This document shows positions 1-9,788 of a DNA stretch of 64,000 nt, in pieces. Location: the NCBI GenBank assembly GCA_015233495.1, contig JADFXQ010000002.1:34390-98389 (forward strand). Direction: 5' to 3'. The DNA comes from Candidatus Omnitrophota bacterium. Its GTDB lineage: Bacteria; Omnitrophota; Gorgyraeia; Zapsychrales; Zapsychraceae. The translations under genes were made by a program, and so were the position numbers. Below the pieces are notes generated by a model. The model did not search any database and was not told where the DNA came from. It was given only the letters and a program-made list of their open reading frames with translations. The first letter of the stretch is position 1. Each line of letters begins with the position of its first letter.

Positions 1-35
1 CCTTGCTTACCCATTCAAAATCCAATGAGGGCAAA

Positions 36-884
36 ATGATGGATGTTTCGCGGATTGGTTTTATTCAGGGCAGGTTGTCTCCGCAGATCGGCCAGAAAAT
101 CCAGGCGTTTCCCGGGCCGTACTGGAAGGAAGAGTTTCCTTTAGCCCGCAGCTGCGGCTTTTCGCGGATGGAGTGGACTTTGGACCAGGAAGGCTTGTTC
201 GAAAATCCGCTGCTGCGGCCAGAAGGCCGGGAATTGATCCGTGAGCTTTGCCGGGAAAATAATTTGATGATTGGGTCGGTGACCGGGGATTTTTTTATGC
301 AAGCCCCGTTTTTTAAAGCGGCAGGCTCTATCCGGGAGGAATTGTTCGATCAGTTAGTCGCGGTGATTGAGGGGTGTGCCGCGGCGCGTGTCCCCATTCT
401 GGTTTTGCCTTTGGTGGACCAAGGGCGGATCGAAGACGCCGGACAAGAGGAAGGTTTTTTCGCTTATGCCGCAAAATTAGATCAGCGGTTGCGCGCCCAT
501 GGGATGATGATTTGTTTGGAATCGGATCTGCCGCCGGAGAAACTCGGAATTTTCCTGCAAGGTTTGGATCCTCTGCTCTGGGGCGTGAATTATGATATCG
601 GCAATAGCGCCGCGTTTGGTTTTGATTATCGGCAGGAAATTCCGCGGCTCGCTACTTGGATTAAGAATGTCCATGTTAAAGACCGCGTGCGCGGCGGCGG
701 CACAGTGCCTTTGGGGCAAGGTCAGGCGGATATTCGCGGAGCCATTCATCTCTTAGAAGCGTGCGGATATCGCGGTAATTATATTTTGCAGACTGCCCGC
801 AGTCCGCAGGGTTTGCACGCGGAAGTTTTGAGTCAGTATCGTGACATGGTAATAAGTTATCTGGGAGAAATCCATGGATCTTAA
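36..884 (+). CDS. Sugar phosphate isomerase/epimerase (xylose isomerase-like TIM barrel, AP endonuclease 2 family)
   Basis: Motifs IGFIQGRLSP, ICLESD, VNYDIGN and NVHVKD; ATG at 36 follows GAGG. Confidence 0.8.
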   Translation: MMDVSRIGFIQGRLSPQIGQKIQAFPGPYWKEEFPLARSCGFSRMEWTLDQEGLFENPLLRPEGRELIRELCRENNLMIGSVTGDFFMQAPFFKAAGSIREELFDQLVAVIEGCAAARVPILVLPLVDQGRIEDAGQEEGFFAYAAKLDQRLRAHGMMICLESDLPPEKLGIFLQGLDPLLWGVNYDIGNSAAFGFDYRQEIPRLATWIKNVHVKDRVRGGGTVPLGQGQADIRGAIHLLEACGYRGNYILQTARSPQGLHAEVLSQYRDMVISYLGEIHGS

Positions 885-1659
885 GTTAAAAGGCCAGTAC
901 GTTTTAGTCACGGGTTCGTCGCGCGGTATCGGTAAAGGGATTGCCGCCGGTTTTTTGCAAGAGGGAGCGCAGATCGTTTTGACCGGCCGCGATCAGCGGA
1001 CTTTCAATCAAACGCGGGCGCAGTTTGTCCGGAAATATCCGCGGCAAAAAATTTTGTTGTTTCCGGGGGATTTGCAAGATCCGGCGGTGATCGGAACCTT
1101 GGCGGATTGGCTGAGCCAACAGATCGGATATTTAGACCATTTAGTGTGCAACATCGGCGACGGTAAAACAACTTCTTCTTCGGGAGAAGATATGGCGGAG
1201 CTGGACCGGATGTTCGCGGTTAATTTTTTTGGCGCCGCCCGCTTGGCGCAGGCGATGCGGCCGCTGTTGGCGCGCGGCTTTCTGCGTAAAAAAAATTATT
1301 CAACCCTGACTTTAATCGGATCGATTTGCGGACGTCAGGCTTTGGGTTGTCCGCCCGCTTACGCCGCGGCAAAAGCCGCTTTGGCGCATTATGGCCGCAA
1401 TCTGGCGCGCGAGTTTGCCAAAGACGGCATCCGGGTCAATGTGGTTTCTCCCGGGAACATTTTATTTCCGGGGTCAACCTGGGAAAATAAATTGGCGAAA
1501 AACCCGCAGAGCGTCAAAGATATGCTAATCCGGGAGGTGCCTTTAAATCAATTCGGCTCTCCGGCGGATATTGGGAACGTTTGCGCGTTTTTGGCTTCGC
1601 CGGCCGCCAAATTTGTCACGGGCGCGGACTGGGTTGTGGACGGCGGTCAAACGCGTTAG
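874..1659 (+). CDS. Short-chain dehydrogenase/reductase (SDR)
   Basis: TGSSRGIG, YAAAK catalytic motif, RVNVVSPG, VDGG. Confidence 0.9.
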   Translation: MDLKLKGQYVLVTGSSRGIGKGIAAGFLQEGAQIVLTGRDQRTFNQTRAQFVRKYPRQKILLFPGDLQDPAVIGTLADWLSQQIGYLDHLVCNIGDGKTTSSSGEDMAELDRMFAVNFFGAARLAQAMRPLLARGFLRKKNYSTLTLIGSICGRQALGCPPAYAAAKAALAHYGRNLAREFAKDGIRVNVVSPGNILFPGSTWENKLAKNPQSVKDMLIREVPLNQFGSPADIGNVCAFLASPAAKFVTGADWVVDGGQTR

Positions 1660-1674
1660 AGGAGGGTTGGACCC

Positions 1675-2511
1675 ATGAAAAAAGCGGCAGTGTTAAAACG
1701 TTTTCAATTGGACGGCAAGGTCGTGGTCATCACGGGCGGAGCCGGACTTTTAGGAGTGCAACACGGACAAACAGTTCTGGAAGCGGGCGGGATTCCCTGG
1801 CTCTGGGATATTGATAATGAAAAATTGGATCAAGCGCAGGAAGAACTTTCCCAGCAATATCGCGCTCCGGTTTTTAGCAAAAAGGTAAATATCACGGACC
1901 GCGCGGATGTGCTTCTGGCCCGGAAAGATATAATGAGAAAATCCGGGCGGATTGATGTATTGATCAATAACGCGGCTAATAATCCGAAAATGACCGGTAA
2001 AGAGGACCCGGTCGGCTCGCGTTTGGAAAATTTTTCTTTGAATGCCTGGTCAGCGGATTTGGCAGTGGGATTGACCGGCGCTTTTATTTGTTCGCAAATT
2101 ATCGGCGCCGGTATGGCCGAAGCGGGCGGCGGGGTCATTTTAAATTTGGCATCGGATTTGGGGATTATCGCGCCGGATCAAAGAATTTATCGCCAGAAAG
2201 GGCTGGCCGAGCGCCGGCAACCCGTTAAACCAGTAACTTATTCCGTGGTGAAACATGGTTTGATCGGTTTAACGAAATATTGCGCCACCTACTGGGCGCA
2301 AAATAACCTGCGCGTGAATGCCATTTGCCCCGGTGGAGTAGAAAACAATCAAGGCAAAGAGTTCAGAGAAAATCTCTGCCGTTTGATCCCGCTGGGCCGG
2401 ATGGCGCGGCCGGATGAATATAAAGCGGCGGTTTTATTTTTAATTTCCGACGCCTCGTCCTATATGACGGGGGCGACGCTGATCATGGATGGGGGACGAA
2501 CATGCTGGTAA
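1675..2511 (+). CDS. SDR oxidoreductase, PtmA-like type found in nonulosonic acid clusters
   Basis: TGGAGLLG, INNAA, YSVVK, RVNAICPGG, MDGGRTCW C-terminus. Confidence 0.85.
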   Translation: MKKAAVLKRFQLDGKVVVITGGAGLLGVQHGQTVLEAGGIPWLWDIDNEKLDQAQEELSQQYRAPVFSKKVNITDRADVLLARKDIMRKSGRIDVLINNAANNPKMTGKEDPVGSRLENFSLNAWSADLAVGLTGAFICSQIIGAGMAEAGGGVILNLASDLGIIAPDQRIYRQKGLAERRQPVKPVTYSVVKHGLIGLTKYCATYWAQNNLRVNAICPGGVENNQGKEFRENLCRLIPLGRMARPDEYKAAVLFLISDASSYMTGATLIMDGGRTCW

Positions 2512-2530
2512 TCAAGCCGGAGGCTGCCGG

Positions 2531-4324
2531 ATGAGCGTGGTAATCAAAACAACCGCTTTAACCTGCGCGGCTGAAAAAGCTTCTGACTTAGTCTTGCTGG
2601 GGCCTTGGTGTTTATATCCCGGGGAGGAAACCCCGGCGGGAGCATGGGGGCAATCGCGGTTTCCGCTGTTTCCCACGCCCTGGTCGCGGCCCGACAGTGT
2701 CAAGGAGGCTTCGGCGTATTGCCAAAAAATTTATGATTTTGTATTGCCGCAACTCGCGGAAAATTTGAATCGGGTTTTAGGTTTTGACTGGAAGGTCAAA
2801 TCCTGGGAAATGTTGTTAGACAGCTGGTTATTGATTTTTATTCAAATTACCTACGAACGTTATGAACGTTTGCGCCAGGCCGTGGCCGCTTATCCGGACG
2901 CTTTGCTTTTCGTTTTGCCGGAGTCCCAATGCCGGTTGCAGAGTGAGACGACGCATGATTTTATCGCCCGGAAAAGCGAGGATGATTTTTTTAATTTATC
3001 GATCTATTCCGGCATTGCCTGGCATTTTTATCCTTCACGCGTTGCGGTTCAAAACGACTTCGGTCCGGGGCGGGACGCTCCAGCGAGGCAAAAACGCGGA
3101 GGAAAAGACCCCGCGATGGCCAAGCTGAAAACCGAAATCGGCAATCAGGCGCTGCAATTTTTGTTTCGTAAGGGAAAAAAAATAATCCTGCAGGATTTAT
3201 ATCATTTTCGTTTTCAGGATTTTTGGGCATTGCGCCGGGCTTTGCCCCGGGATACGATTCGGCTTTTGCCCGGCGGCCCGTCCGGTTCCGGTTTGGAAAC
3301 CCGGTATGACGCTTCACTGCGCCGGCAAATCTCTTTGACAGCCGGGTTTGACGATTTTTCGATTTGGTTGGCGGGGATATTGCCGCAAGCTGTGCCGTTG
3401 TCTTTGTTGGAAGCTTTGCCGCGCTACCGTCGGCAGACCAGGTCTTTATGGAGCCGGATTCCCGAACCGCAAGCTGTGATATCGGCGATCGGTTGGTACT
3501 ACAATGATTTTTTTAAATTTGCGGCGGCTGAGGCTTTACAGCGCGGGGCCAAAACTATTGAACTGCAGCACGGCAGCGGTTATGGTTGGTATGACACTTA
3601 TTTTCAAGAGAATCTGAGCCGGAACAAAGACGTTTTTTTTTCCTGGGGGGAAAAGGATGTCCCCCGGCGTGTGGTGCAGCCGTTTAGCAATCCGTATTTA
3701 GCCCGGTTGAAAGACGCGCATGACCCGCGGGAAGATCGTTTATTGTTTATTGGCACGCTGCCGTCGAAATATTACAACCGGTTTTCGAATTGGATCAATG
3801 TGGATTTTTTGGAGGATTATTTTCAACGGAAAAAACAATTTTTTTCCGCGTTGACTCCGCGGATACTCGGCAAAATGAGTTATAAATTTTATGAACTAAA
3901 ATGGGCCCAAGAAGTCAGCCGGATTAAAGCGGATTTTCCGCAAATACAAATAGCTCCGGCAAAGCCTAGCGCGGAGTTGATTCGCGCCTCGGTTTTAGTG
4001 GTCGTCGATAATGCCCAAACCGCTTTTATCGAGGCTTTGGTGATGAATGCTCCCTGTGTCGCTTTTTGGAACCCGCGGGTTTATGTGTTTCGGCCCGAGT
4101 CGCAAAAATATATGGACGCGCTGCTGGCCGCGGGCATTGTTTATCACGACGCGGCAAGCGCGGCGCGGCAGGTCAACGCGATTTATTCTGACCCTTCGGC
4201 CTGGTGGTCGCGTCCCGAGGTGCAGCAGGCCCGCCGGGATTTTTGTCAGCGTTTTGGTTTTTCAAAAAAGCATTGGACTGAAGATTGGCAGCGCCATTTT
4301 GGCCAGGGGAGCGCCTATGTGTGA
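2531..4324 (+). CDS. Putative surface carbohydrate transferase (LIC12162-like)
   Basis: LLGPWC N-terminus, LQHGSGYG, FFSWG, C-terminal WWSRPEVQQARRDF; family resemblance from recall. Confidence 0.6.
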   Translation: MSVVIKTTALTCAAEKASDLVLLGPWCLYPGEETPAGAWGQSRFPLFPTPWSRPDSVKEASAYCQKIYDFVLPQLAENLNRVLGFDWKVKSWEMLLDSWLLIFIQITYERYERLRQAVAAYPDALLFVLPESQCRLQSETTHDFIARKSEDDFFNLSIYSGIAWHFYPSRVAVQNDFGPGRDAPARQKRGGKDPAMAKLKTEIGNQALQFLFRKGKKIILQDLYHFRFQDFWALRRALPRDTIRLLPGGPSGSGLETRYDASLRRQISLTAGFDDFSIWLAGILPQAVPLSLLEALPRYRRQTRSLWSRIPEPQAVISAIGWYYNDFFKFAAAEALQRGAKTIELQHGSGYGWYDTYFQENLSRNKDVFFSWGEKDVPRRVVQPFSNPYLARLKDAHDPREDRLLFIGTLPSKYYNRFSNWINVDFLEDYFQRKKQFFSALTPRILGKMSYKFYELKWAQEVSRIKADFPQIQIAPAKPSAELIRASVLVVVDNAQTAFIEALVMNAPCVAFWNPRVYVFRPESQKYMDALLAAGIVYHDAASAARQVNAIYSDPSAWWSRPEVQQARRDFCQRFGFSKKHWTEDWQRHFGQGSAYV

Positions 4325-5666
4325 TGTGTTGGTGGTGATTGATAATCGTTTTCGGGAAATGGTTCCGAGTTTTTTGATCCGGCACTATCTGCGGCAACAA
4401 GGCTTAACTTGCGCTTTTTGCAGCCGGTTTAGTATGTGGGGCGCGTTTAACCGGTTACGGCCCCGCGCGGTCATTTTGCCCAATCCGGGAGAACCGTATA
4501 TCGCGGAATTGATTAAACGGGCTTTTGTGTTTATTCTGCCGAGCGAATCGGGCAACGGCCAGACCGGTTCGATTTTGGCTTTTTTTAAAGGCAACGTTCA
4601 TTATCAAACCTATAGTCAGCAGGCGGACCGCATTTTTTCTTGGGGGCCGCTGATGACGGATATTTTGCGGGATAACCATATCGCGGCAAAAGAAAAAATC
4701 ATCATGACCGGCAATCCGATTACGGATCAATGGTTTATCAAGCCGCGGCCGAAAAAAAATAAAATCTTGGGACTCACGACGACGTTTCGGGTGATCAACA
4801 GCAGTTTGGGTCCGGTGAAGAATATATTCCGCGCGATGCGCGAACATGAAAATGAAGGCGCCGGTGTTTATTTTATGCCGCCGCGGCATATGGAAACTTG
4901 GTTTTTTTATGAGCTGAGTTATGTGCGGCTTTTAGCCAATCTGATCGATCAGGTGGTTATCGGCCGCGACATCCATTTGGAGATCCGGCCGCATCCGTCG
5001 GAAAAGGCGGAGCAGTATGATTATTACCGGCAGGTCACCGGCGGCCGGTGCTGCGCCGTTAAGTCCGGGTCGATTGTGGAGTGGCTGCAAGGCATTGATG
5101 TTTTAGCGACGTATTTATCCACTTCTGCCATCGACGCGATCGTCCGCGGCATTCCGGTTGTCTCGTTTAAAAAATTATTGAACCCGGACGCCTTGGCTAT
5201 GATGCCGGCGCATTATGATTTGGATTATAACGGATGGCTTTGGCAGCCCGCGACCCTGGAAGAATTCACGGAAATGGTGGCTGCCGGGTTTGCGGGTAAA
5301 TTAGAGATCACGCCGTTTAAAACGCAGTTTTTAAAAAGCATTTTTGATAAATTTTATTTTCCGCGTCCCCGGTTAGCTTCCCAGAATATCGCCGAGGAAA
5401 TCGCGGTGTTTTTAGGCCGGGAAACGCCGCGGCCGTTTTCGTATCTTCCGGCGCGCAATCCGCAGGGGATAAAAAAAATCGCGCATCGGGTGCTGCCGCA
5501 TATCCCTTATTCGGAAAATGCGTATCTTTTGCTCTATTCTCTGCAAAATTTCTTGGAAAAAGATCCGATCAGCGGCGCAGTGGGTATTTCTTATTTTCCC
5601 TGGGCGTGGGAATCGTTATTAACCGCCGGGCGAACCTCCCGGCAGATCATTGAAGCGGCGGCCTGA
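4317..5666 (+). CDS. Surface carbohydrate biosynthesis protein, GT-B-like (possible nonulosonate transferase)
   Basis: DRIFSWG, TGNPITD, IRPHPSE, STSAIDA; ATG overlaps the upstream gene. Confidence 0.6.
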   Translation: MCDVLVVIDNRFREMVPSFLIRHYLRQQGLTCAFCSRFSMWGAFNRLRPRAVILPNPGEPYIAELIKRAFVFILPSESGNGQTGSILAFFKGNVHYQTYSQQADRIFSWGPLMTDILRDNHIAAKEKIIMTGNPITDQWFIKPRPKKNKILGLTTTFRVINSSLGPVKNIFRAMREHENEGAGVYFMPPRHMETWFFYELSYVRLLANLIDQVVIGRDIHLEIRPHPSEKAEQYDYYRQVTGGRCCAVKSGSIVEWLQGIDVLATYLSTSAIDAIVRGIPVVSFKKLLNPDALAMMPAHYDLDYNGWLWQPATLEEFTEMVAAGFAGKLEITPFKTQFLKSIFDKFYFPRPRLASQNIAEEIAVFLGRETPRPFSYLPARNPQGIKKIAHRVLPHIPYSENAYLLLYSLQNFLEKDPISGAVGISYFPWAWESLLTAGRTSRQIIEAAA

Positions 5667-5667
5667 C

Positions 5668-6651
5668 ATGAGCTACTCGCAAATCTTGAAAAATTTTCTC
5701 CCCATGGATCTGGCCCAAATGCGGCCGGCAGGGTTTTTAGAGCGGATGGAACGGGGTGGACGCGAAAAACAGCAAAAGATCATGGAAAAACACGGCTGGG
5801 AACCGGTTCGCCAATGTCCGGTGTGCGATTCGTCGCTATCCACAGTTGAACTGCGCAAATTCGACACCGAGATTTTGAATTGCGGGGATTGCTCGACGCG
5901 TTACGCGGCGCGCCGGCCGGTGGTTACGGAAGATATTTATTCCGATGATAGTTATATTCCGGTGATGATGGAAAATTATTTGCAAAACGCAGCCTACCGT
6001 AAAGCGCGTTTTGGCCCGGAACGCATCGCGTTGATTCAAAAATACCTGCGGCCCGGCGGCCGTCCGGCCTTGCTCGACGTGGGATGCGGCGTGGGATGGT
6101 TTTTAGAAGTAGCCCGGGAGCAGGGTTTTGAAATTTTCGGGCAGGAGGCGGGACGGGGTTTGGCGCGTTGGACCGGCGATCGCTTGGGCCGGGAAATTTA
6201 TACTCAGCCGCTGGCGGAATTGGCGCAAATCCAGCGGTTTGATGTAATCACCTTGTTTGATGTGCTGGAACACGTGCCTTTTCCCGCGCTTTTTGTTCAG
6301 GACGTGAAAGCCTGCCTGAAACCCGGAGGGATCGCGGTGTTTTTTACGCCGAACTTTGATTCCTTGGCGATCCGGGTCATGGCGGAGCGGTCGAATTTGA
6401 TCATTCCGGCGGAACATTTGACTTATTTCACGAAAAAGTCCGTGGAAACCTTGGCGGCTAAAACGCAATTGGAGTGGGTTGTTTATGAGACCTGCGGGAT
6501 TGATTTGGGGGATTTGAAAAGTTTTTACGAGTCGCAGAATCAGCAACCTTTAGCCGAGGCTTGCGCGGGTTTGTATAATTATTTGCAGCCGGTGATCGAT
6601 GCTGCGGAAGCGGGGAATCATATGCGGTTTGTTTTTCGACGGAAGGAGTGA
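5668..6651 (+). CDS. Class I SAM-dependent methyltransferase with N-terminal Cys4 zinc ribbon
   Basis: CPVC...CGDC, LLDVGCGVG, FDVLEHV, FTPN. Confidence 0.9.
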   Translation: MSYSQILKNFLPMDLAQMRPAGFLERMERGGREKQQKIMEKHGWEPVRQCPVCDSSLSTVELRKFDTEILNCGDCSTRYAARRPVVTEDIYSDDSYIPVMMENYLQNAAYRKARFGPERIALIQKYLRPGGRPALLDVGCGVGWFLEVAREQGFEIFGQEAGRGLARWTGDRLGREIYTQPLAELAQIQRFDVITLFDVLEHVPFPALFVQDVKACLKPGGIAVFFTPNFDSLAIRVMAERSNLIIPAEHLTYFTKKSVETLAAKTQLEWVVYETCGIDLGDLKSFYESQNQQPLAEACAGLYNYLQPVIDAAEAGNHMRFVFRRKE

Positions 6652-6655
6652 CAAA

Positions 6656-7357
6656 GTGGAGATCCTGGGTTTTATTCCCGCTCGGGCGGGATCAAAAGGC
6701 ATACCGAAAAAGAATCTCGCTTTGGTTAATTGCAAGCCATTGATCTCGTATACGATCGCGGCGGCGCAAGCCAGTTGCGTGACGCGGATTTTGGTGTCAA
6801 CGGATTCCGAAGAGATTGCCCAGGTTAGCCGCGCTTTGGGAGCGGATGTGCCATTTCTGCGCCCGGCGGCTTTGGCCGGGGATACTGCTTTGATTTCCGA
6901 TGCGATTTTAGACGCATTAGCGCGGTTGCGGGAAAAAGAAAATTACGCGCCGGAGGTGATCGTTCTGTTACAGCCGACCTCGCCTTTACGGCAGGCGCGC
7001 TACATCGATGCCGCAGTGGAGCTGTTTTTAAAAAATGATGTGGATTCCGTGATCAGTATTTCCGACCCGATTGAGCATCCGGCGCTCATGGTATATTGGC
7101 CGCAGCCTACGGCCATGACTTTTCTGATGGAGGGTAAATACGCGACTATGCCGCGGCAAGCTTATCCGGCGTGTTCGAAAATCAACGGGATGCTTTATGT
7201 CTTTTCGCCGAAGACGTTGGCAGTCTATAATAATATTTTCGGCAAAAAAGTTTTGCCGTATCAAACACCCCAGGCGGATTCCATTGATATTGATTCGCCG
7301 GGGGAGATGGAAATCGCCGCGGCCCTGATCCAGTATCGGCAACGGCAAATAACCTGA
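6656..7357 (+). CDS. neuA: Acylneuraminate (CMP-nonulosonate) cytidylyltransferase
   Basis: IPARAGSKGIPKKNL, VSTDSEEI, LLQPTSPLR, SIDIDS; GTG start after AAGGAG. Confidence 0.9.
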   Translation: MEILGFIPARAGSKGIPKKNLALVNCKPLISYTIAAAQASCVTRILVSTDSEEIAQVSRALGADVPFLRPAALAGDTALISDAILDALARLREKENYAPEVIVLLQPTSPLRQARYIDAAVELFLKNDVDSVISISDPIEHPALMVYWPQPTAMTFLMEGKYATMPRQAYPACSKINGMLYVFSPKTLAVYNNIFGKKVLPYQTPQADSIDIDSPGEMEIAAALIQYRQRQIT

Positions 7358-7367
7358 AAGGACAGTC

Positions 7368-8342
7368 ATGCGAGTTTTGATTACCGGGGGGGCCGGGTTT
7401 GTCGGCTCAACGATGACAAAACATTTTTTAGCGGCCGGGTGGGACGTGAATGTTTTGGATGAACTTTGGTTTGATCCGGGCGTGCCGGATTTGTTTCGCG
7501 ACAATCCGCGCTATCGGTTTATCCGGGGCAGTATTTTGGACCCGGCTGCTTTAAAAAAGAGTCTGGAGTCTGTGGATTTTGTCGTGCACGCGGCCGCAGT
7601 CGTCGGGGAGCCGGCCAGCAAAAAATTTCCGGATTTGACGCAAAAAGTCAATTATGAGGGATCGCGGCAGCTGATTCAATCTTTAGCGGGGTCTCCGGTG
7701 AAAGGGATGGTTTTTTTATCCACTTGTTCGAATTATGGCATTGCCGACGGAGTAGCGAATGAAAACACGGCCTTGATGCCTTTGTCTGTCTATTCGGACA
7801 CCAAAATTAAAATTGAGCGTTATCTCATGGATGAGGCGAAACAAGTGAATTGGGTGATTTGCCGTTTGTCCACGGTTTATGGGATGTCCCCGCGGATGCG
7901 TTTTGATCTCACGGTCAATGATTTTACGGCTAACGCTTTTCGCGACGGAGCTTTAAGCATTTTTCTTCCGCATACTTTTCGCCCCTATATCCACGTGCAG
8001 GATGTCGCGCGCGTCATCGGGGCGATTATCCGCGATTTTGACCGCGTGAAAAATAATGTTTTTAACGTCGGATTTTCCGGCGAAAATTATCAAAAAATTA
8101 AAATCGCGGAAATTGTAAAACAGCTTCTCCCGGGCTTGAAACTCGATATAGTAACTACCGGCACGGACACCCGGGATTATCAGGTTGATTTTTCCAAATT
8201 GCAGCAGACTTTGGATGTTCCGCGCCGCTGGGATGTGCGCAGCGGAGCGCAGGAGATTTTAGAGGTTTTGCGCCGGGGCGAGATTGCCGATAGCCAGGCC
8301 GCCAAATATTATAATACGAATCCGGTTTTGTCCCCGGCATAG
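7368..8342 (+). CDS. NAD-dependent epimerase/dehydratase (extended SDR)
   Basis: TGGAGFVG, STCSNYG, YSDTK, RMRFDLTVN, RPYIHVQD. Confidence 0.9.
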   Translation: MRVLITGGAGFVGSTMTKHFLAAGWDVNVLDELWFDPGVPDLFRDNPRYRFIRGSILDPAALKKSLESVDFVVHAAAVVGEPASKKFPDLTQKVNYEGSRQLIQSLAGSPVKGMVFLSTCSNYGIADGVANENTALMPLSVYSDTKIKIERYLMDEAKQVNWVICRLSTVYGMSPRMRFDLTVNDFTANAFRDGALSIFLPHTFRPYIHVQDVARVIGAIIRDFDRVKNNVFNVGFSGENYQKIKIAEIVKQLLPGLKLDIVTTGTDTRDYQVDFSKLQQTLDVPRRWDVRSGAQEILEVLRRGEIADSQAAKYYNTNPVLSPA

Positions 8343-8355
8343 GAGGAAGCGACCC

Positions 8356-9447
8356 ATGGAATTAGACGCGCCGAATGTCGGGGAAATTGAGAAACAGCGC
8401 TTGCAAAAAGTAATCGAGAGTTCTTTTATCTCAACCTATGGCCCTCAAGTCGGCGAATTTGAAAATCAAATGGCCGCCTTTCTGGGCGCGAATTATGCCG
8501 CGGCCGTGCAAAGCGGCACTGCCGCGATCCACATGGCCTTGCATGAATTGGGTATCGGTCCCGGGGATGAGGTCATTGTGCCGGTTTTGACGTTTGTGGC
8601 TACGGTGAATCCGGTCAAATATGTCGGCGCCACGCCGGTTTTTGTGGATGTGGATCCCTCCGCGTGGACAATGGACCCGCGTAAAGTTGAAGCGGCGATT
8701 ACCCCGCGAACGAAAGCGATCATAGTCGTGCATCTCTACGGCAATCCCGGCGCCCTGCCGGAATTGCGCGCGGCGGCTAAGAAATATCGGTTGGCGGTTA
8801 TTGAAGACGCGACCGAGAGTTTGGGCGCGACATATCAGGGGCAGCATACGGGGACCTGGGGAGATTTTGGCTGTTTGAGTTTTAACGGCAATAAGACGAT
8901 CACCACCGGCGGCGGCGGGATGATCATTGGCCAAGCGGAAGACCGGATCAAGCACATCCGGTTTCTGGTCAATCAGGGCCGGGACGAGCAACGCGGCTAT
9001 TTTCATCCGGAAATGGGGTTTAATTATCGGATGACCAATTTGGAAGCGGCGTTAGGATTGGCGCAAATGGAACGTCTGCCGTATTTTTTGCAAGTCAAAG
9101 AGCGGTTTCATGCTATCTATACGGCGGAGCTGGGCAATTGCTGCCGTATCCATTTTCAACAGGAATTGCCGCAAGCTAAGAGTTCGTGGTGGTTTAACTG
9201 CGTGGGGTTGGATCCGGACTGCGACATTAGCGCGCTGCAAAAGAGTCTCAAAGACCGGGGGATCCCGACGCGGCGTTTTTTTATGCCCTTGGTGGAGTTT
9301 CCGATGTACCAAGGGACAGGGAACAATCGGGAGCTTTATCCCAACGCGTACGCCATTTACGAAAAAGGTTTGTGTCTGCCAAGCTCGACGATAAATTCCG
9401 AGGAAGATATCCGGGCGGTCTGCCGGGCTTTGCGGGAGTGCGCATGA
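8356..9447 (+). CDS. DegT/DnrJ/EryC1 PLP-dependent aminotransferase (LegC-like)
   Basis: SGTAAIH, IEDATESLG, SFNGNKTITTGGGG, GFNYRMTN; ATG after AGGAGG. Confidence 0.92.
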   Translation: MELDAPNVGEIEKQRLQKVIESSFISTYGPQVGEFENQMAAFLGANYAAAVQSGTAAIHMALHELGIGPGDEVIVPVLTFVATVNPVKYVGATPVFVDVDPSAWTMDPRKVEAAITPRTKAIIVVHLYGNPGALPELRAAAKKYRLAVIEDATESLGATYQGQHTGTWGDFGCLSFNGNKTITTGGGGMIIGQAEDRIKHIRFLVNQGRDEQRGYFHPEMGFNYRMTNLEAALGLAQMERLPYFLQVKERFHAIYTAELGNCCRIHFQQELPQAKSSWWFNCVGLDPDCDISALQKSLKDRGIPTRRFFMPLVEFPMYQGTGNNRELYPNAYAIYEKGLCLPSSTINSEEDIRAVCRALRECA

Positions 9448-9788
9448 AAAAGCAGCTCATTTTAATCGGCGGGGGAGGGCATTGCCGGTCTTGTATGGAT
9501 GTTATCCGCGCGGAAGGCCGGTTTGCGATTGCCGGGATTGTGGACCCGAATATCCCGGCAGGCGCTAAAGTGCTGGAAGCAGTTTGCCTGGGGTCGGACG
9601 CGGACCTGCCGGTTTTGGCAAAAAAATACGCCTATGTTTTGCTAACGATAGGACACCCGCTTTGGCCCGATACCCGGATTAAAATTTTTCAACAATTGCG
9701 CGACTTGGGTGCGCAGGCCACCGTAACTTCGTCTTTAACCCGCTCGGGGATTTATATCGGAACCCCGGCCAGAATAATGAAAAAATGA
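9444..9788 (+). pseudogene. Internally deleted PglD/NeuD-family sugar acetyltransferase (N-terminal domain plus C-terminal tail only)
   Basis: 114 aa: LILIGGGGHCRSCMDVI...LGSDADL joined directly to GAQATVT...GIYIGTPARIMKK; hexapeptide beta-helix essentially absent. Confidence 0.7.

Noticed and set aside
7368-8342. Assigning legB to this epimerase/dehydratase
   Set aside because: The position fits, but the motifs (STCSNYG, RMRFDL) differ from the LegB-type pattern I recall; left unnamed
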